Below are positions 63,788 to 64,000 of a stretch of DNA of 64,000 bases, piece after piece. How positions within the stretch are numbered: position 1 is the first letter of the stretch; each line of letters opens with the position of its first letter. Under the pieces are notes generated by a model. It searched no databases, had not been told where the DNA came from, and was given only the letters and a program-made list of their open reading frames with translations. Made by a program: the position numbers and the translations under genes. The DNA comes from Takakia lepidozioides (Eukaryota; Plantae; Bryophyta): positions 29,946,001 through 30,010,000 of the forward strand of contig CM060733.1 in NCBI GenBank assembly GCA_030704615.1, written 5' to 3'.

Positions 63788-64000
63788 GTATTTGTCGCAC
63801 GCCAACTATAGGGCACAGGGGATGCAAGAAAAAGCATTGTGCAGTTTGTCGTTGATGGCAGTTGTTTAGGTTGTGAATTTTTGTGGTAATAAGTGATAAC
63901 TCCCGTGTACTTTCCAAGCCAATTTGAATCTTTGGGCAGGGTTGGCATGAAATTGTGCCATCCAGTCAATGTGACGACAATCTTTCTCGGAATATTTGAC

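Overview
Eukaryotic, repeat-rich nuclear DNA, most likely from a non-seed land plant. This is inferred from a plant MDHAR fragment, a plant-type mitochondrial rrn18 insert, a GNA-type lectin and Met-tRNA-primed LTR elements. The highlight is a 12-kb minus-strand Ty3/Gypsy element (2287-14358). Its single polyprotein frame runs Gag - aspartic protease - Dnmt3-like C5 cytosine methyltransferase - RT - RNase H - DDE integrase, with a PHD finger after a frameshift. Instead of ordinary LTRs it has split direct repeats (element sense B...A-B-A) and a self-complementary, Tf1-like primer site. Its termini coincide with a palindromic CA-gc-TG junction inside the LTR, which suggests integration of a circular two-LTR intermediate at an internal att site. 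It also carries captured MDHAR and LINE-ORF1-like fragments. The rest of the window holds: a ParB-like pseudogene, a PIF/Harbinger element, a SINE, a TA-flanked MITE, a second related integrase-less Gypsy ending at a mitochondrial rRNA insert, (GA)n-associated LINE 3' ends, a full-length Copia with a nested chromodomain Gypsy, a frameshifted mannose-binding lectin, a decayed L1, and the 5' part of a choline-transporter-like gene with a Pro/Tyr repeat.
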